Origin: a virus
Lineage: Duplodnaviria; Heunggongvirae; Uroviricota; Caudoviricetes
DNA: 64,000 nucleotides
IMG/VR virus record: IMGVR_UViG_3300045051_000014
Direction: 5' to 3' (one strand)
Below are positions 16,608 to 28,400 of the stretch, one piece after another (the stretch's first letter is position 1; every line of letters begins with the position of its first letter). The position numbers and the translations under genes are program-made. The notes under the pieces were generated by a model, which saw only the letters and a program-made list of their open reading frames with translations, did no database searches and was not told the DNA's origin.

Positions 16608-18247
16608 TGGCTACCGTATCTACCACTTACACTAAGGCAATCGACGCTATCCGTGGAGCTATCAAGCTCATGGACGAGCGGCGCGGCGGCTTGACTAAGG
16701 CTGACGTAATTCCATTCGAAGATGAAATGAACGGGCTATCGGGCGAGATTCTCAATCTGGAACTCTCAGAGCAATTAGTCATTCAGAATGGCAACGCGGA
16801 AATCATTGCGCGAGCATTGTCTGTGGGTGTCACCGTCGAGCTTCATGATTCTGTATTGCCAAAGGAAGACCGTGCCGAGAGTGAGTTTGACGTAACCACT
16901 CTCACGGCAAAGCAACTCTACCCACGCACCGAAAGTGTGCGTATTGTCACCGGCACGATTCCACCTACTTCTAATACCGTAGCAAACGTAGCACCCGGAA
17001 CGCCTGTCACCACGGATACTATCGTCCTTTCCGAAGAGGAAGAGATTGATCCGGTGTTCGAAGAGATTGACGACGAAGCGGCAAGTCAGACCGAAGAGCC
17101 TCTTGCAACGCAGCAGAACGAAACGATTCCGTACCTCTCAGATGCCATGACTCAGCTTGCGCTTACTGCGGCTGCGAATGCGAATGGTTTGCAAGCAGGA
17201 CTGACCACGTTCTCGTACAATCCGCTCGCGTCACTGATTGAGAACACTAAGACACTACTGCTCTACTACACCGCAGGCAACTATGCGAATCTGAACACCG
17301 AGCTATCGGGTGTCTCTACGGATCCTCTACTTGCGGCAGAGTACAAGGAACTACAGAACTCCATCGGTGGTAACGATGGTCTATCTGAGTGTGTGGCGCA
17401 GCTAGACAACTTCAAGGATCATACGGATCGCCTGTCTGGTCTGGTATTAGACTCTGACTCTCCGAATGCCGAGCCAACCGACGATTCGACGGATGACTTC
17501 CTGACCCTGAATGACTTCTCGGGTGGTCCGACGCTGATCTTCACGTTCAATGCCCGTAAGTTCCGGTCGGCAAAATATCTCATTCAGGCATCCTCAGACC
17601 TGACGGATCGTGGGCATCAGGCAACAGAAATCTACATTCTACATGATAACCATCAGGCATTCACCCGCGAAGTGACTTCCATCTATACGCAGGAGCCGTT
17701 TGTTACCTTTACCACTCGTCTTTTGAACAACAATGTGGAAGTCTTTGCGACCTCCAATGTCTCTAATACTAATTTCGTGATTTCTGGCACCCGTCTACAG
17801 ATTGCGAAGGCTTCCAAGTCCTATGCCGAATTGAGTCAGCAGAAGGTCATCGAACTGCATGAACTCATGGCAGTCTATCTGGACGACGGTGTGGACTACG
17901 TAGCCCTCTGTTCGGCATCCCTGCTCAAGCCACCTCTGGTCGCTAACCTTGCGCGGGACTTCCGCGACATGCTCGTTACGGTTTCCAACGGCGGCTTCCT
18001 GACACAATCCACAGCAGCAAAGCAGGCGGGATTGCTCCAATGGGCAGCGACCCTCCGTTCCAGACGGCAGGAGATTCAGGCACAGATGGATACCGATTGG
18101 AACAACTTTGTCGAAACCCGCCGCAAAGCCGAAGCGTTCGACATTGCCTACAACCTCACGGTCGCGTATACGGACGAGAGTGGAAATGCCATTCCGTCAG
18201 CTACGCTAAATAGTGCGACAATCCAAGCAATTGAGTCAGAAGCATAA
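16607..18247 (+). CDS. Putative virion structural protein of unknown function
   Basis: 546-aa coupled ORF between gp5 and gp25; internal FRSAKYLIQ...EI..LHD domain. Confidence 0.6.
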   Translation: MATVSTTYTKAIDAIRGAIKLMDERRGGLTKADVIPFEDEMNGLSGEILNLELSEQLVIQNGNAEIIARALSVGVTVELHDSVLPKEDRAESEFDVTTLTAKQLYPRTESVRIVTGTIPPTSNTVANVAPGTPVTTDTIVLSEEEEIDPVFEEIDDEAASQTEEPLATQQNETIPYLSDAMTQLALTAAANANGLQAGLTTFSYNPLASLIENTKTLLLYYTAGNYANLNTELSGVSTDPLLAAEYKELQNSIGGNDGLSECVAQLDNFKDHTDRLSGLVLDSDSPNAEPTDDSTDDFLTLNDFSGGPTLIFTFNARKFRSAKYLIQASSDLTDRGHQATEIYILHDNHQAFTREVTSIYTQEPFVTFTTRLLNNNVEVFATSNVSNTNFVISGTRLQIAKASKSYAELSQQKVIELHELMAVYLDDGVDYVALCSASLLKPPLVANLARDFRDMLVTVSNGGFLTQSTAAKQAGLLQWAATLRSRRQEIQAQMDTDWNNFVETRRKAEAFDIAYNLTVAYTDESGNAIPSATLNSATIQAIESEA

Positions 18248-18639
18248 TGGCAGTCACCCAACGACAATTCAAAGATATCGACATGAACTTCACGGCACAT
18301 CCCGTCACTGGCGATGTGGCTAAGAAGGTCGGTGATGCTGCCATCATTCAGTCCCTCAAAAACCTGTTGAGTACGGGTAAGTATGAGCGGCTAATGCAGC
18401 CAAACATCTACTCTAATTTGAAACAGCAGTTGTTTCAACCCTTGGACAATATTACAGCGTCAGCCATTGGTAACGAGGTACGTTCGGTCATCACTAAACA
18501 TGAACCGCGAGTCGATCTAGTGGAAGTTAACGTGACTCCGGATTATGATGGAAATGGATATTCCTGTTCCATCACATTCTTCATCGTCAATCAAACAGAC
18601 CCGATTACCGTAGACCTCTTCTTGGAGCGAATCAGATGA
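18247..18639 (+). CDS. gp25: Baseplate wedge subunit gp25
   Basis: FKDIDMNF..HPVTGD, AI.QSLKNL..T...ER, I.K.EPRV.L. Confidence 0.93.
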   Translation: MAVTQRQFKDIDMNFTAHPVTGDVAKKVGDAAIIQSLKNLLSTGKYERLMQPNIYSNLKQQLFQPLDNITASAIGNEVRSVITKHEPRVDLVEVNVTPDYDGNGYSCSITFFIVNQTDPITVDLFLERIR

Positions 18640-18788
18640 AAACTTTTAAAGAACTAAGAGAGGGCTTGATGTATCAGGGTAAGCCCATGTTGCCTAGAAC
18701 AAAGAAACCAGAACAGACCGTCAAGAAGGCTACCGTGGGTGGTCACAAGAAGTTCCAGAAGCGAGCAAGTAGGAAGATCGGACAATGA
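18636..18788 (+). CDS. 50-aa basic protein beginning MKTFKELRE (putative capsid-internal protein)
   Basis: Read manually: MKTFKELREGLMYQGKPMLPRTKKPEQTVKKATVGGHKKFQKRASRKIGQ*; overlaps the gp25 stop (ATGA) and the gp6 start. Confidence 0.7.
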   Translation: MKTFKELREGLMYQGKPMLPRTKKPEQTVKKATVGGHKKFQKRASRKIGQ

Positions 18789-20839
18789 CCACACCAACTA
18801 AGATCACAGAACTGGACTTTGACACGATCAAAGCCAATCTGAAAGACTTCCTCAAGTCTCAGCCAGAGTTCTCGGACTACAACTTCGATGGATCCGGTCT
18901 TTCCATCCTGCTCGACGTTCTTGCGTACAATACGCATTACATGGGCTACTACATGAACATGATGGCGAACGAAATGTTCATCGACACCGCACAACTGCGG
19001 CAGTCGGTCGTTTCCCACGCCAAGCTCCTCGGCTATACTCCGCGCTCTCGCGTTGCATCCCAAGCTACGATCAATGTTGCATTTCAGGAAGTCGTCGGCG
19101 GATCCAATTCCGCAATGACCCTACCCAAGTTCACTAAGTTTACGTCGGCTCCGAAGGATGGCAAGAGCTACACCTTTGTCACGGTCGAGCAACGAGTCGC
19201 TTCCAAGAACAATGCAGGCTACTTCAACTTCGAAAACCTACAGATCAAGGAAGGCAACCCTGTCTCCTACGTCTTCACCTACGATGCACAGACCAACGAG
19301 AAGCAGGTATTCGTTCTGCCAGATGAGGGTATTGATACCTCGACCCTGACCGTTCAGGTGCAGAAGAGTGCCACGAACTTTGCCCTCGACACCTACGAAC
19401 TTGCACAGGACTCCACTTCGGTTGTCTCGGATGCACTCGTCTATTACCTAGAAGAGAATCGTAACGGTCGCTATCAGATCAGCTTCGGTGATGGCGTGCT
19501 AGGACAGTCACTAGATAATGGAAATATCGTGATTGTGTCCTATGTCGTGACTTCGGGTGATGCGGCAAATGGTATTCGTACCTTCAATCTCTCCGACAAT
19601 CCAATGCCGGGAGCGACTGCCACTATCGTCCTGACTACCGAATCCTCTTCGGGCAAGCTAGAAGAAACCACCGAGAACATCAAGTTCACCGCACCGAAGA
19701 GCTTCATTGCTCAGAACCGTGCCGTGACTAAGAATGATTACGTGGCTTTGATCAATAAGAACTACCCATACTTCGACTCGGTTGCGGTGTGGGGTGGCGA
19801 AGAGAACGTTCCTCCGGTCTACGGTAAGATCTTCTTCTCGGTCAAGCCTCGCGGCAACTATGAAGTCACGCAGACAGAGATTCAGCAGCTTAAGGATGAC
19901 GTTATCGCACCTATCTCGGTCCTGACGGTTACGCCTGAGTACATTGCTCCGGACTACAACTACATGAACTTCATCATTGATGTGGTCTACGATCCACGCA
20001 AGACGACAAAGACGGCGGGTGGTATTCAAACCGCAGTCTACAATGCCGTCCTACAGTTCTCCAACGACTATCTCAATACGTTCAACAACACGTTCAAGAT
20101 GAGCAAGCTGATTCGTGCAGTGGATGATGCGGATCCTTCGATTGAGAACAACTCCATTCGCGTCCTCATTGAGAAGCGTTTCCGCCCTCTTCTGAACCAG
20201 TCTAAGTCATATAAGATCGACTTCTATGTGCCGCTCAAGAAGGGAACCGCACTGGACCGTCTGTACTCCGAGCCAAGCTTCGGCTACATTGACGAGTTCA
20301 ACATCGAACGTGTCGCATTCATCGAAGAAGTTCCTCAGTCCTTCACCGGCATTGACGAAATCGAAGTGCTTGCGACGGGCGACCAATATACCTCCATTCC
20401 TACGATCACCATCGAAGGTGACGGTCAGGGTGCGACTGCCGAAGCAGTCATCGTCAACGGCAAGCTCAAGAGCGTTGTCGTCACGAACTCCGGTTCAGGC
20501 TATTCAGCAGCCGTAGCGCGTGTCGTCGGTGGCGAAGGTTCGGGCGCAGAACTCCGTTGCGTCCTACAGGGCAAGAAGGGTACGCTTCGAATCTTCTACT
20601 ATGATGTAAACAACATCAAGCGTGTGATCAACTCTAACGCAGGCACCATCTACTATGACGATGGCTACCTCGTTCTGGATAGCTTCATGCCGACGTATGT
20701 TTCGGATCCTTATGGTACGCTGACGTTCAAGGCAAACCCTAATACGAACGTCTTCTCGACAACCCGAAATGCAATTCTCACTCTGGACGAAACAGATCCG
20801 GCAGCAATCGACATTAGAGTTAGCGCGGTAACGCAGTAA
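18785..20839 (+). CDS. gp6: Baseplate wedge subunit gp6
   Basis: ITELDFD.IK.NLK.FLK.Q.EF.DYNF.GSGLS.LLD.LAYNTHY, QNRAVT.NDY, VWGGEEN.PP.YGK. Confidence 0.95.
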   Translation: MTTPTKITELDFDTIKANLKDFLKSQPEFSDYNFDGSGLSILLDVLAYNTHYMGYYMNMMANEMFIDTAQLRQSVVSHAKLLGYTPRSRVASQATINVAFQEVVGGSNSAMTLPKFTKFTSAPKDGKSYTFVTVEQRVASKNNAGYFNFENLQIKEGNPVSYVFTYDAQTNEKQVFVLPDEGIDTSTLTVQVQKSATNFALDTYELAQDSTSVVSDALVYYLEENRNGRYQISFGDGVLGQSLDNGNIVIVSYVVTSGDAANGIRTFNLSDNPMPGATATIVLTTESSSGKLEETTENIKFTAPKSFIAQNRAVTKNDYVALINKNYPYFDSVAVWGGEENVPPVYGKIFFSVKPRGNYEVTQTEIQQLKDDVIAPISVLTVTPEYIAPDYNYMNFIIDVVYDPRKTTKTAGGIQTAVYNAVLQFSNDYLNTFNNTFKMSKLIRAVDDADPSIENNSIRVLIEKRFRPLLNQSKSYKIDFYVPLKKGTALDRLYSEPSFGYIDEFNIERVAFIEEVPQSFTGIDEIEVLATGDQYTSIPTITIEGDGQGATAEAVIVNGKLKSVVVTNSGSGYSAAVARVVGGEGSGAELRCVLQGKKGTLRIFYYDVNNIKRVINSNAGTIYYDDGYLVLDSFMPTYVSDPYGTLTFKANPNTNVFSTTRNAILTLDETDPAAIDIRVSAVTQ

Positions 20840-23800
20840 TGGCAACAGCAGAGAAAACAGTATCCGCGTTGATCAACCGGCAACTGCCGGATTTCGTTCG
20901 CGCAGACCACCCCAAGTTCAAGCAGTTCCTTGAAGCCTACTACCGTTGGCTTGAGGACGAGAGCAAGGGTAATACTGTCTATCACATCATGCGTTCGGGT
21001 GAATATCGTGACATTGACTCGACGCTAGACCCATTCATTCGCCTGTTCAAGCAGGAACTTCTGCCGTACTTCCCCGAAAGAAGCGAACTGGATCTAGTCA
21101 AGATCCTTAAGGGCGCACGTAACTTCTATATCAAGAAGGGTTCCGAAGAGTCTGTCAAGTGGCTCTTCCGCGTTCTGTTCGGTCAGGATGTGGAAATCTA
21201 CTATCCGAAGCAGCAGATTCTTATTGCATCGGACGGCAAGTGGAAGCTTCCACAGGCATTCCAGTTGACGCTATCGGCAAATAACCAAAGCATCGACCCC
21301 AATCTACTAGAGAAGCACAAGGCTACCGGTTCTATCTCCAAGGCAACTTGTGTCATCGAATCGGCAAACAAGACGGTAGATCGCACGTTCGGTGCAGAAA
21401 TTCTTGAACTGTACGTTTCGAACGTTCAGAAGAGTTTCGTCAACGGTGAAAACCTTGAGATTCCTTACACCGACGAAAACGGCGTAGAACAGGTATTTGT
21501 CGAAAAGATCATCGGCGCAATTTCGAACATCTATGTGGATTCGAATATTCGTACAGACCCACAGCAGAAGCGCCGTGGTCTGACATATAATGTCGGTGAT
21601 CCTATCGTTGTCTTTGGTGGTCTGGCTAACACGGCTGACGCAAAGGATGCCGTTGCAGTGGTCGGCAATGTCACAGTAGGATCCATCGAAGGTCTTTCGG
21701 TCATCTTCCCCGGCTACGGCTACCGCACTTATTCGAACACAGAAACGGTAGTCTATCGTTCCGTGGGTGACGATCCTAATGCTAACCTTTCCACCGACAT
21801 TCGCGTTGCCGGTATCAATACGTTCGATACGGGTAACTCTCAGAACAGTTTCCTTGAGAGTGTTTCTGTGGACAAGATGCCGATTGAGTACATGGCAAAC
21901 ACACTGATCAACAGTGCCGACTATGCCGTTCTTACCGGGAACTCCCGCAACATCGTCATCGTAATCTCGGGCGAAGCTTCCGACACATGGTTCACGGACG
22001 ACTTCTGCTATGCTAACTCTAATGGATCGTTCCAGACAGCCAACTTCACAGCACAGATTCTAACCGCGAACACCGGTTGGACGGGTGCGAACAAGACGGT
22101 CGTTCTCTACAACGTGGCTAACACGGTTCCTCTTACCACCAGTGGATTCCTCATTGGCGCGAACACGTTGACCTTTGTGAACGCATCCAAGGTGGTCAAC
22201 GTAGTGAGCATCACGGCTGAAACGATTCCTGCGAACTCGTCTTCGCAAATCAAGCAAGTGCTGACGTTCGAATCAATTGATACGGGTGGTGTCGCACTCT
22301 ACAACATTTTGAACGGTGGCTACGGCTTCCGCTCGACTCCGCAGATTAGCACTAAGTCCTACTATGACACGTACCTCTCCGAGAACTATGCCTACGGAAC
22401 GGCAAACAATGCTCTCTACCGTCAGGAACTTGGAGTCTTTGGTAAGATTGCGCATGTCTACATCAACAACCCCGGAAGCGGCTACGCCAATGGTGATGCC
22501 ATCACCGTCACCGGTCGCGGCTATGGCTTCACCGGCTACGTCAACGTCGGTGCTAACGGCTCCATCGTTTCTACCACGATCACGAATCGTGGCGAAGGCT
22601 ACACCGGCACTCGTACTGTGACCGTAGGTGGTGCAGGTGCGGGTGCATCCCTCACGGCATATGGCTTCGGTGAAGGTGTGACCGTGGGTGTCGAAACGGG
22701 TGCAATCGGTCGCGTGAAGGATATTCGCCTGACCTATCGCGGATTCGACTACATCGAAACGCCTCTGGTTTCGCTCAAGGTCGTTGACATGATCATCGAC
22801 GGCATTCTGGAATCCGAATCCCTATCCGAAGGTGAGCGTGTGTATCAGGGTGCGACTCTTGAGACTGCAACCTTCCAAGGCATCATCAAGTCCTACAACC
22901 GCTCGACTCGCCTGCTACGCCTGTTCAACTTCTCGGGTAACTCTTTCGGTAACTTCAATAAGACATTGCAGTTCACATCCGAAGGTGGTGTGACGTTCTT
23001 TGTCGATCCGAATCTGGCTTCGCGAGTTCCGGCACCGGAAGACTATCCACCAGAAGTGGTCGCTGCCGGTCTGGACAATCCATGGTTCTATGGTAACGGT
23101 AAGGCAAAGGCTATCGCAGAGTTCTTCGCGGGTCTGATCAAGTTCAACGGCTTCTACATCAATACGGACGGCTTCCTATCCTCGGACAAGAAGTTACAGG
23201 ACGACAAGCAGTATCACAATTATTCTTACGTCATCGAATCTGAGAAGAGCCTTGCTGAGTACGAGAACACCATGAAGGATATCGTACATCCTATCGGTAT
23301 GTCCATGCTCTCCAAGATGGTTTCCCGTTCGGAACTGCCAGAATTCATCGTTACGGAATCCATCGTTTCCACCAATCCGGCAATCAAGGTTGGTTCCACC
23401 ATCACGATTGCTAACTCGGCAAACGTCAGGGTTACGGGTACAGGCACCGAATTCACCAATACGGCATATGCGGCTGTGGGTGATATGCTCTGGATCAAGG
23501 ACACCGACAACGAGCTACGGTCGCAAGCCAAGACGATCACGGCAATTGCCAACAATACCTCGCTCAACGTAGAGTCCAACTTCATCTACGTAGGTCAGGG
23601 AAGGCTCACCACCAACGCAGGTAACAACGTTGCGTACATTACCGGCAATGTCAATGTGGTCGGACACTTTATGCAGACGGGCGATGTGATTCGCTTCAAC
23701 CGTGGCAACACGGCAGCAAACATCGAAAGCTACACCATTACCCTCGGATCCGGCAATGCAATCACCCTAAATAACAACGCGAATACCACTAACACCGGAC

Positions 23801-23868
23801 TAGTCTATCATGTGGTACCGGATTACAGTGCCAACTATGACTATGAAATCATCAAGGTAACGGAATAA
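20839..23868 (+). CDS. gp7: Baseplate wedge initiator gp7-like
   Basis: QLPDFVR.D.P.F..FLEAYY.WLE, FY.KKGSEES...LFR.LF, LQD...Y.NYSYVI.S, ...HP.GM. Confidence 0.88.
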   Translation: MATAEKTVSALINRQLPDFVRADHPKFKQFLEAYYRWLEDESKGNTVYHIMRSGEYRDIDSTLDPFIRLFKQELLPYFPERSELDLVKILKGARNFYIKKGSEESVKWLFRVLFGQDVEIYYPKQQILIASDGKWKLPQAFQLTLSANNQSIDPNLLEKHKATGSISKATCVIESANKTVDRTFGAEILELYVSNVQKSFVNGENLEIPYTDENGVEQVFVEKIIGAISNIYVDSNIRTDPQQKRRGLTYNVGDPIVVFGGLANTADAKDAVAVVGNVTVGSIEGLSVIFPGYGYRTYSNTETVVYRSVGDDPNANLSTDIRVAGINTFDTGNSQNSFLESVSVDKMPIEYMANTLINSADYAVLTGNSRNIVIVISGEASDTWFTDDFCYANSNGSFQTANFTAQILTANTGWTGANKTVVLYNVANTVPLTTSGFLIGANTLTFVNASKVVNVVSITAETIPANSSSQIKQVLTFESIDTGGVALYNILNGGYGFRSTPQISTKSYYDTYLSENYAYGTANNALYRQELGVFGKIAHVYINNPGSGYANGDAITVTGRGYGFTGYVNVGANGSIVSTTITNRGEGYTGTRTVTVGGAGAGASLTAYGFGEGVTVGVETGAIGRVKDIRLTYRGFDYIETPLVSLKVVDMIIDGILESESLSEGERVYQGATLETATFQGIIKSYNRSTRLLRLFNFSGNSFGNFNKTLQFTSEGGVTFFVDPNLASRVPAPEDYPPEVVAAGLDNPWFYGNGKAKAIAEFFAGLIKFNGFYINTDGFLSSDKKLQDDKQYHNYSYVIESEKSLAEYENTMKDIVHPIGMSMLSKMVSRSELPEFIVTESIVSTNPAIKVGSTITIANSANVRVTGTGTEFTNTAYAAVGDMLWIKDTDNELRSQAKTITAIANNTSLNVESNFIYVGQGRLTTNAGNNVAYITGNVNVVGHFMQTGDVIRFNRGNTAANIESYTITLGSGNAITLNNNANTTNTGLVYHVVPDYSANYDYEIIKVTE

Positions 23869-23869
23869 T

Positions 23870-25486
23870 ATGAGCAAAGCAGCCATTACTCCACTTCTCA
23901 AGTATGAGATTGTGGAAATCATCAAAGCCAACGTGTTCCCCACCTATGCGAACACGTATCTGGCTATTGGTCGCCCTGTCCGTTGGGGTGACGCCTCGGA
24001 TCCGGAAGCCAACACCGAAATCGAAGATGTGGTCTATACGACCAACTACGTGAACCAGACCTTCCGCGACATGATCGCAATGAAGAAGGTCGCTGCCGCA
24101 GATACCGCTCTTGTCGTCCCTCGCGTGGATTGGGTTGCCAATACCACCTATGACGAATATCGTGACTCTCTGGAACTCCTCTCCCATACCGACAAGCTGA
24201 CGCTGACTGGCACCGTCAATGCGACCGGCAACCTCATTACGTCCAACACGGCAGTATTCACTGGCAATCTGTCGGTGGGCAACACGATCACACTGAACAC
24301 CGAATCCAAGCAAGTCATCGGCGTGAATGCCACTCACATTGTCGTCAACACTAATTTCACTTACTCCGTGACCAACGGCACACTAGTAAGAACCGACAAC
24401 ACCTATCCGCGCTTTGCCAATACGTTCTACGTGCGCAACTCCAAGGATCAGGTATTCAAAGTCCTTCACAACGGATCAGACAACGGAACTGGACTCCCTT
24501 CCACCATTGAGCCTACGATTGATATCGACGGACAGCTTCCTGAAAACCCATACATCGAAACGGCTGATGGATATAAGTGGAAGTATCTCTACACGATTCC
24601 TTACGGCTTGAAGCAGAAGTTCTTCACGAAGAACTGGATGCCGGTCACGGACGATAACGCAGTGGTCGCAGGCTCGACGGACGGGCGCATTGATATCATC
24701 GAAATTCATGACGGTGGTACGGGCTACTTCCTCGACAACGGTGAATCGGGTAACTCTAATTCGTTGTCCATCATTACGGTCACTGGCGACGGTACCGGTG
24801 CAGTGGTCACGGCAAAGGTTCAGTCGGGTGTCATCACCGAAGTCAACGTGCTGAATGGTGGTTCGGGCTATACCTATGCCGACATATCCATTGACGATCC
24901 AGACCAGTTGCCATCCGGTAACGTGGCAGATCTTGCCGCAGCTATTTCTCCACCGGGAGGTCACGGATCCAATCCTCGTAAGGAACTTGGATGCTACTCG
25001 GTCATGACTTCCGTGGACTTTGTGGGTACCGAAGGCGACACGATTCCTGTCGGCACGGACGTTGTTCCGTTCGACTTCCGCCAGATCGTCCTGTTGCGCG
25101 ACCCTATGTTGGCTAACGGCACCTTTGCCAATGGCAGCGTTTATCGCACCACAACCAAACTATCCCTGACGGACCCCGGCTCGACTAACTATACCAATGA
25201 CGAAACCGTGTACACCGGAACGAGCGAAGCGACCGCAACGTTCACCGCAACCGTAGTCAATTGGGATCCTAATACCAATGAGTTGTTCGTAAACAACATT
25301 CGTGGCGAGCCAACCGTGGGTTCCACCCTGACAGGCTCAGTCTCGGCAGCGACTTCGACCGTCCTCGGCGTGGAAGAGCCAGATATTGCGCTGTTTACCG
25401 GGGATCTCCTATATATTGAGAACAGACAGAAAATCGTTCGCGATGCCGACCAGACCGAGCAAATTCGCCTCGTTCTATCATTCTAA
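23870..25486 (+). CDS. gp8: Baseplate wedge subunit gp8
   Basis: DMIAMKKV...D...VVPR.DW, FYV.NS...VFK.L.N, DGYKWKYLYTI, SPPGGHG.NP..ELG. Confidence 0.92.
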   Translation: MSKAAITPLLKYEIVEIIKANVFPTYANTYLAIGRPVRWGDASDPEANTEIEDVVYTTNYVNQTFRDMIAMKKVAAADTALVVPRVDWVANTTYDEYRDSLELLSHTDKLTLTGTVNATGNLITSNTAVFTGNLSVGNTITLNTESKQVIGVNATHIVVNTNFTYSVTNGTLVRTDNTYPRFANTFYVRNSKDQVFKVLHNGSDNGTGLPSTIEPTIDIDGQLPENPYIETADGYKWKYLYTIPYGLKQKFFTKNWMPVTDDNAVVAGSTDGRIDIIEIHDGGTGYFLDNGESGNSNSLSIITVTGDGTGAVVTAKVQSGVITEVNVLNGGSGYTYADISIDDPDQLPSGNVADLAAAISPPGGHGSNPRKELGCYSVMTSVDFVGTEGDTIPVGTDVVPFDFRQIVLLRDPMLANGTFANGSVYRTTTKLSLTDPGSTNYTNDETVYTGTSEATATFTATVVNWDPNTNELFVNNIRGEPTVGSTLTGSVSAATSTVLGVEEPDIALFTGDLLYIENRQKIVRDADQTEQIRLVLSF

Positions 25487-25497
25487 GAGAGTAAGCA

Positions 25498-28400
25498 ATG
25501 GAATTCAACATCGAACCGTATAATGATGACTTCGAACAGAACGCGAAGGATAACAACTATCTGAAAATCCTGTTCAAGCCGGGATTCTCGGTACAGGCTC
25601 GCGAACTGACTCAGATTCAGTCCATTCTACAGAACCAGATCAAGTCCTTTGGCGACCACATCTTTCAGGACGGCTCGCCTGTCATCGGCGGCAACGTATC
25701 GCTCGATAACAGTGTTACGTACATCAAGCTAGACGAAACCTACAACAACGAAGACGTAGAACTCGACCTGTTCGTGAATCAGGTCATTGTCCGTGACTCC
25801 GACTCTCTGGTTCAGGCAAAGGTTCTCGCATCGTACTTCCCTTCCGGTGGTACGCCTACCCTGATGATCAAGTATATCTCGGGTGTGGACTTCTCGGACG
25901 GTGACGTATTCCGTGTCGCAGGCACCACAACCCGCGCCAAGCTGATCGACTCGGCTGCATCTGGCAAGGGTACGATTGCATCCATCAACGACGGTATCTT
26001 CTACGTTGACGGATATTTCGTCACCGTGACCCCACAGACTGCGGTTGTCGCAGCCTACAGCCAGAACGCAAACGTAAAGATCGGTTTGGAAGTAACGGAC
26101 GAAATCGTAGACTACGCGATTGATGCCACGTTGCTTGACCCTGCACAGGACAGCTTCAATTATCAGGCTCCCGGCGCAGATCGGTATCAGTTCGGGCTGA
26201 CCCTCTCCACTCGTCCACTCGACACCGCAGTTGACGAATCCAAGTTCTTCGAACTCATGCGAGTCGAGAACGGCGCAATCACGAAGCAAGTCAAGTACGC
26301 CATCTACTCCGAAATCGAAAAGACTCTCGCACGTAGAACGTTTGACGAATCGGGTGACTACACGGTTACACCTTTCCGCGCATCCATCAGTGAGTCGCAG
26401 AACACCGAGAACTACATCATCAATCTGGAGCCGGGTAAGGCATACGTCAAGGGCTTTGAGTTCGAAACCATCGGCACCGTCCGCATGGAAGTTCCAAAAC
26501 CACGTACCGTGGGCATCGACACGCGCTCCATGGTAGACATTGACTTCGATACATCCTACGGCAATTACCTTAAGTTCAAGAACGTATGGGGTTCGAACGG
26601 CACCAACTTCATCAACATCACCACCTATGATACGGTTGACCTCCATTGCGTAGACGCGGCAAACGTTAACGTAGGTGTGTCGCTTGCAGGCAACACATCC
26701 TTCTATGCCAACACGAAGATCGGTACGGCAAAGATTCGTGCTATCCGTCGCGATATCGCAGCACAAGACGGTGTGGCAAACGTAGACTCCAACGGTGTCT
26801 TCGACTTCTACTTCACCGACATGCAGATCAAGCCAAGAGTCCTTGTGATTCCTACTGGCTCGACCTCGACCACCGTGAAGCTGCCACCTCTGGCATCCCG
26901 CGTGGCAAACGCATATCAGAACACCACGATTACGGTTCTACCTATCTCGTTGACTCCGGTTCCTAATGTCAACACGGCAAACGTCTATATCAACAGCACG
27001 CGCATCAACGCTAACTCGACCATCAATACGGCACCGTTCCCCGGTGTGGTTTCAGTAGGTCAGATCGTTCGCGTGGGCGACGAAGTTCGTGAAGTCGTCA
27101 ACGTGGCTTCCAACTACCTGCTCGTCAACTCCGCATTCACGAAGACGGTAGACAACGGCGGTACTGCACCTAACGTGCAGATTCTCGTTCAGTCCACCTA
27201 CTCTTCGAACGTCACCAATCAGGTGCGTAGAATCGCATCGTATGATGGCACGACTCAAGTGGCAACGCTCGACCGTGCATGGGACGAAAACGCAGTTCCG
27301 GCAAACAACACGGTCATTCAGTTGAACTTCGCAGTCTCCGACCTGACCTCGTTCATTAAGCCAAACGCAACGTTCACTAAGGCTAATGCCCATGCGAACA
27401 TTGCCGTACAGTCCTTGCTGATCGACGGATCCACGGAACTCTTTGAGCCGTCCGACAAGCGATTGATCTACCCTCTACCTCAGAACACGATCAAGCGTGG
27501 ATCCCTCAACAACGTAGACTATAACTCTTGGAAGTACATTCAGGCAACCGGTGCTGCCGGTGTCTTTACGCTTTCCCTAGAAGCCTACGAGTCGATTCCT
27601 TGGACGATTACTAACTCTAATCTGGAAGACAACCTGATCGTTGTTGTGCGCGAAGCTTCCGGCACCTACGCAAACGGTACGGTTCTCAAGCTCAACTCGG
27701 GCGAAGTCACAACCGGAATCGGATCCCTTGTGGTCACGTTGCCTGCTACCGTAGGTAAGATCGACGCATATGTTCTCGTCAAGCAGAACAATGCCGAAGA
27801 TCGTAAGCGCACGAAGACCTTCCGTTCGAACACTGCACTGTCTACCGCTCCATTCAACTATCCTCTGGATACGGGTGTGAACGCAGACTATACGGTTGCT
27901 GTGCCTAACGTCGGCAACGTTGCCAAAATCAACCTCACCAACGGTCTGATCTTTGTCATTGATCCTGCCGTCACGAAGATCTTCCCCGGCGACTCCATCA
28001 GTCTCTACGTTCCCGACGTAGTGAACATCCGTGCCATTCTCAAGGGCAATGCGACTTCCGTTGCGACCTCGACCAATTACGAAGATATCACGGAACACTT
28101 TGCAATCGACCTTGGACAGACTGAAGAACTATATGATCATGCGAAGATCACACTCAAGAGTGGATTCCCTTCGCCTAATGCGAAGCTCACCATTCACTGT
28201 GACTTCTACGAGCATACGTATCCCGCAGGTGCGACCTACTTCTCGGTAGACTCGTATGCGGATTCGATCTATCAAGCCGGTCAGATTCCTATCTACTTCT
28301 CCGAAGTGACGGGAACCTACTTCCTGCGTGACTGCCTCGACTTCCGCCCAACGCGCCGCATCGGTGTTTCAGACGGAACCATCGACACAGCCATTCTACC

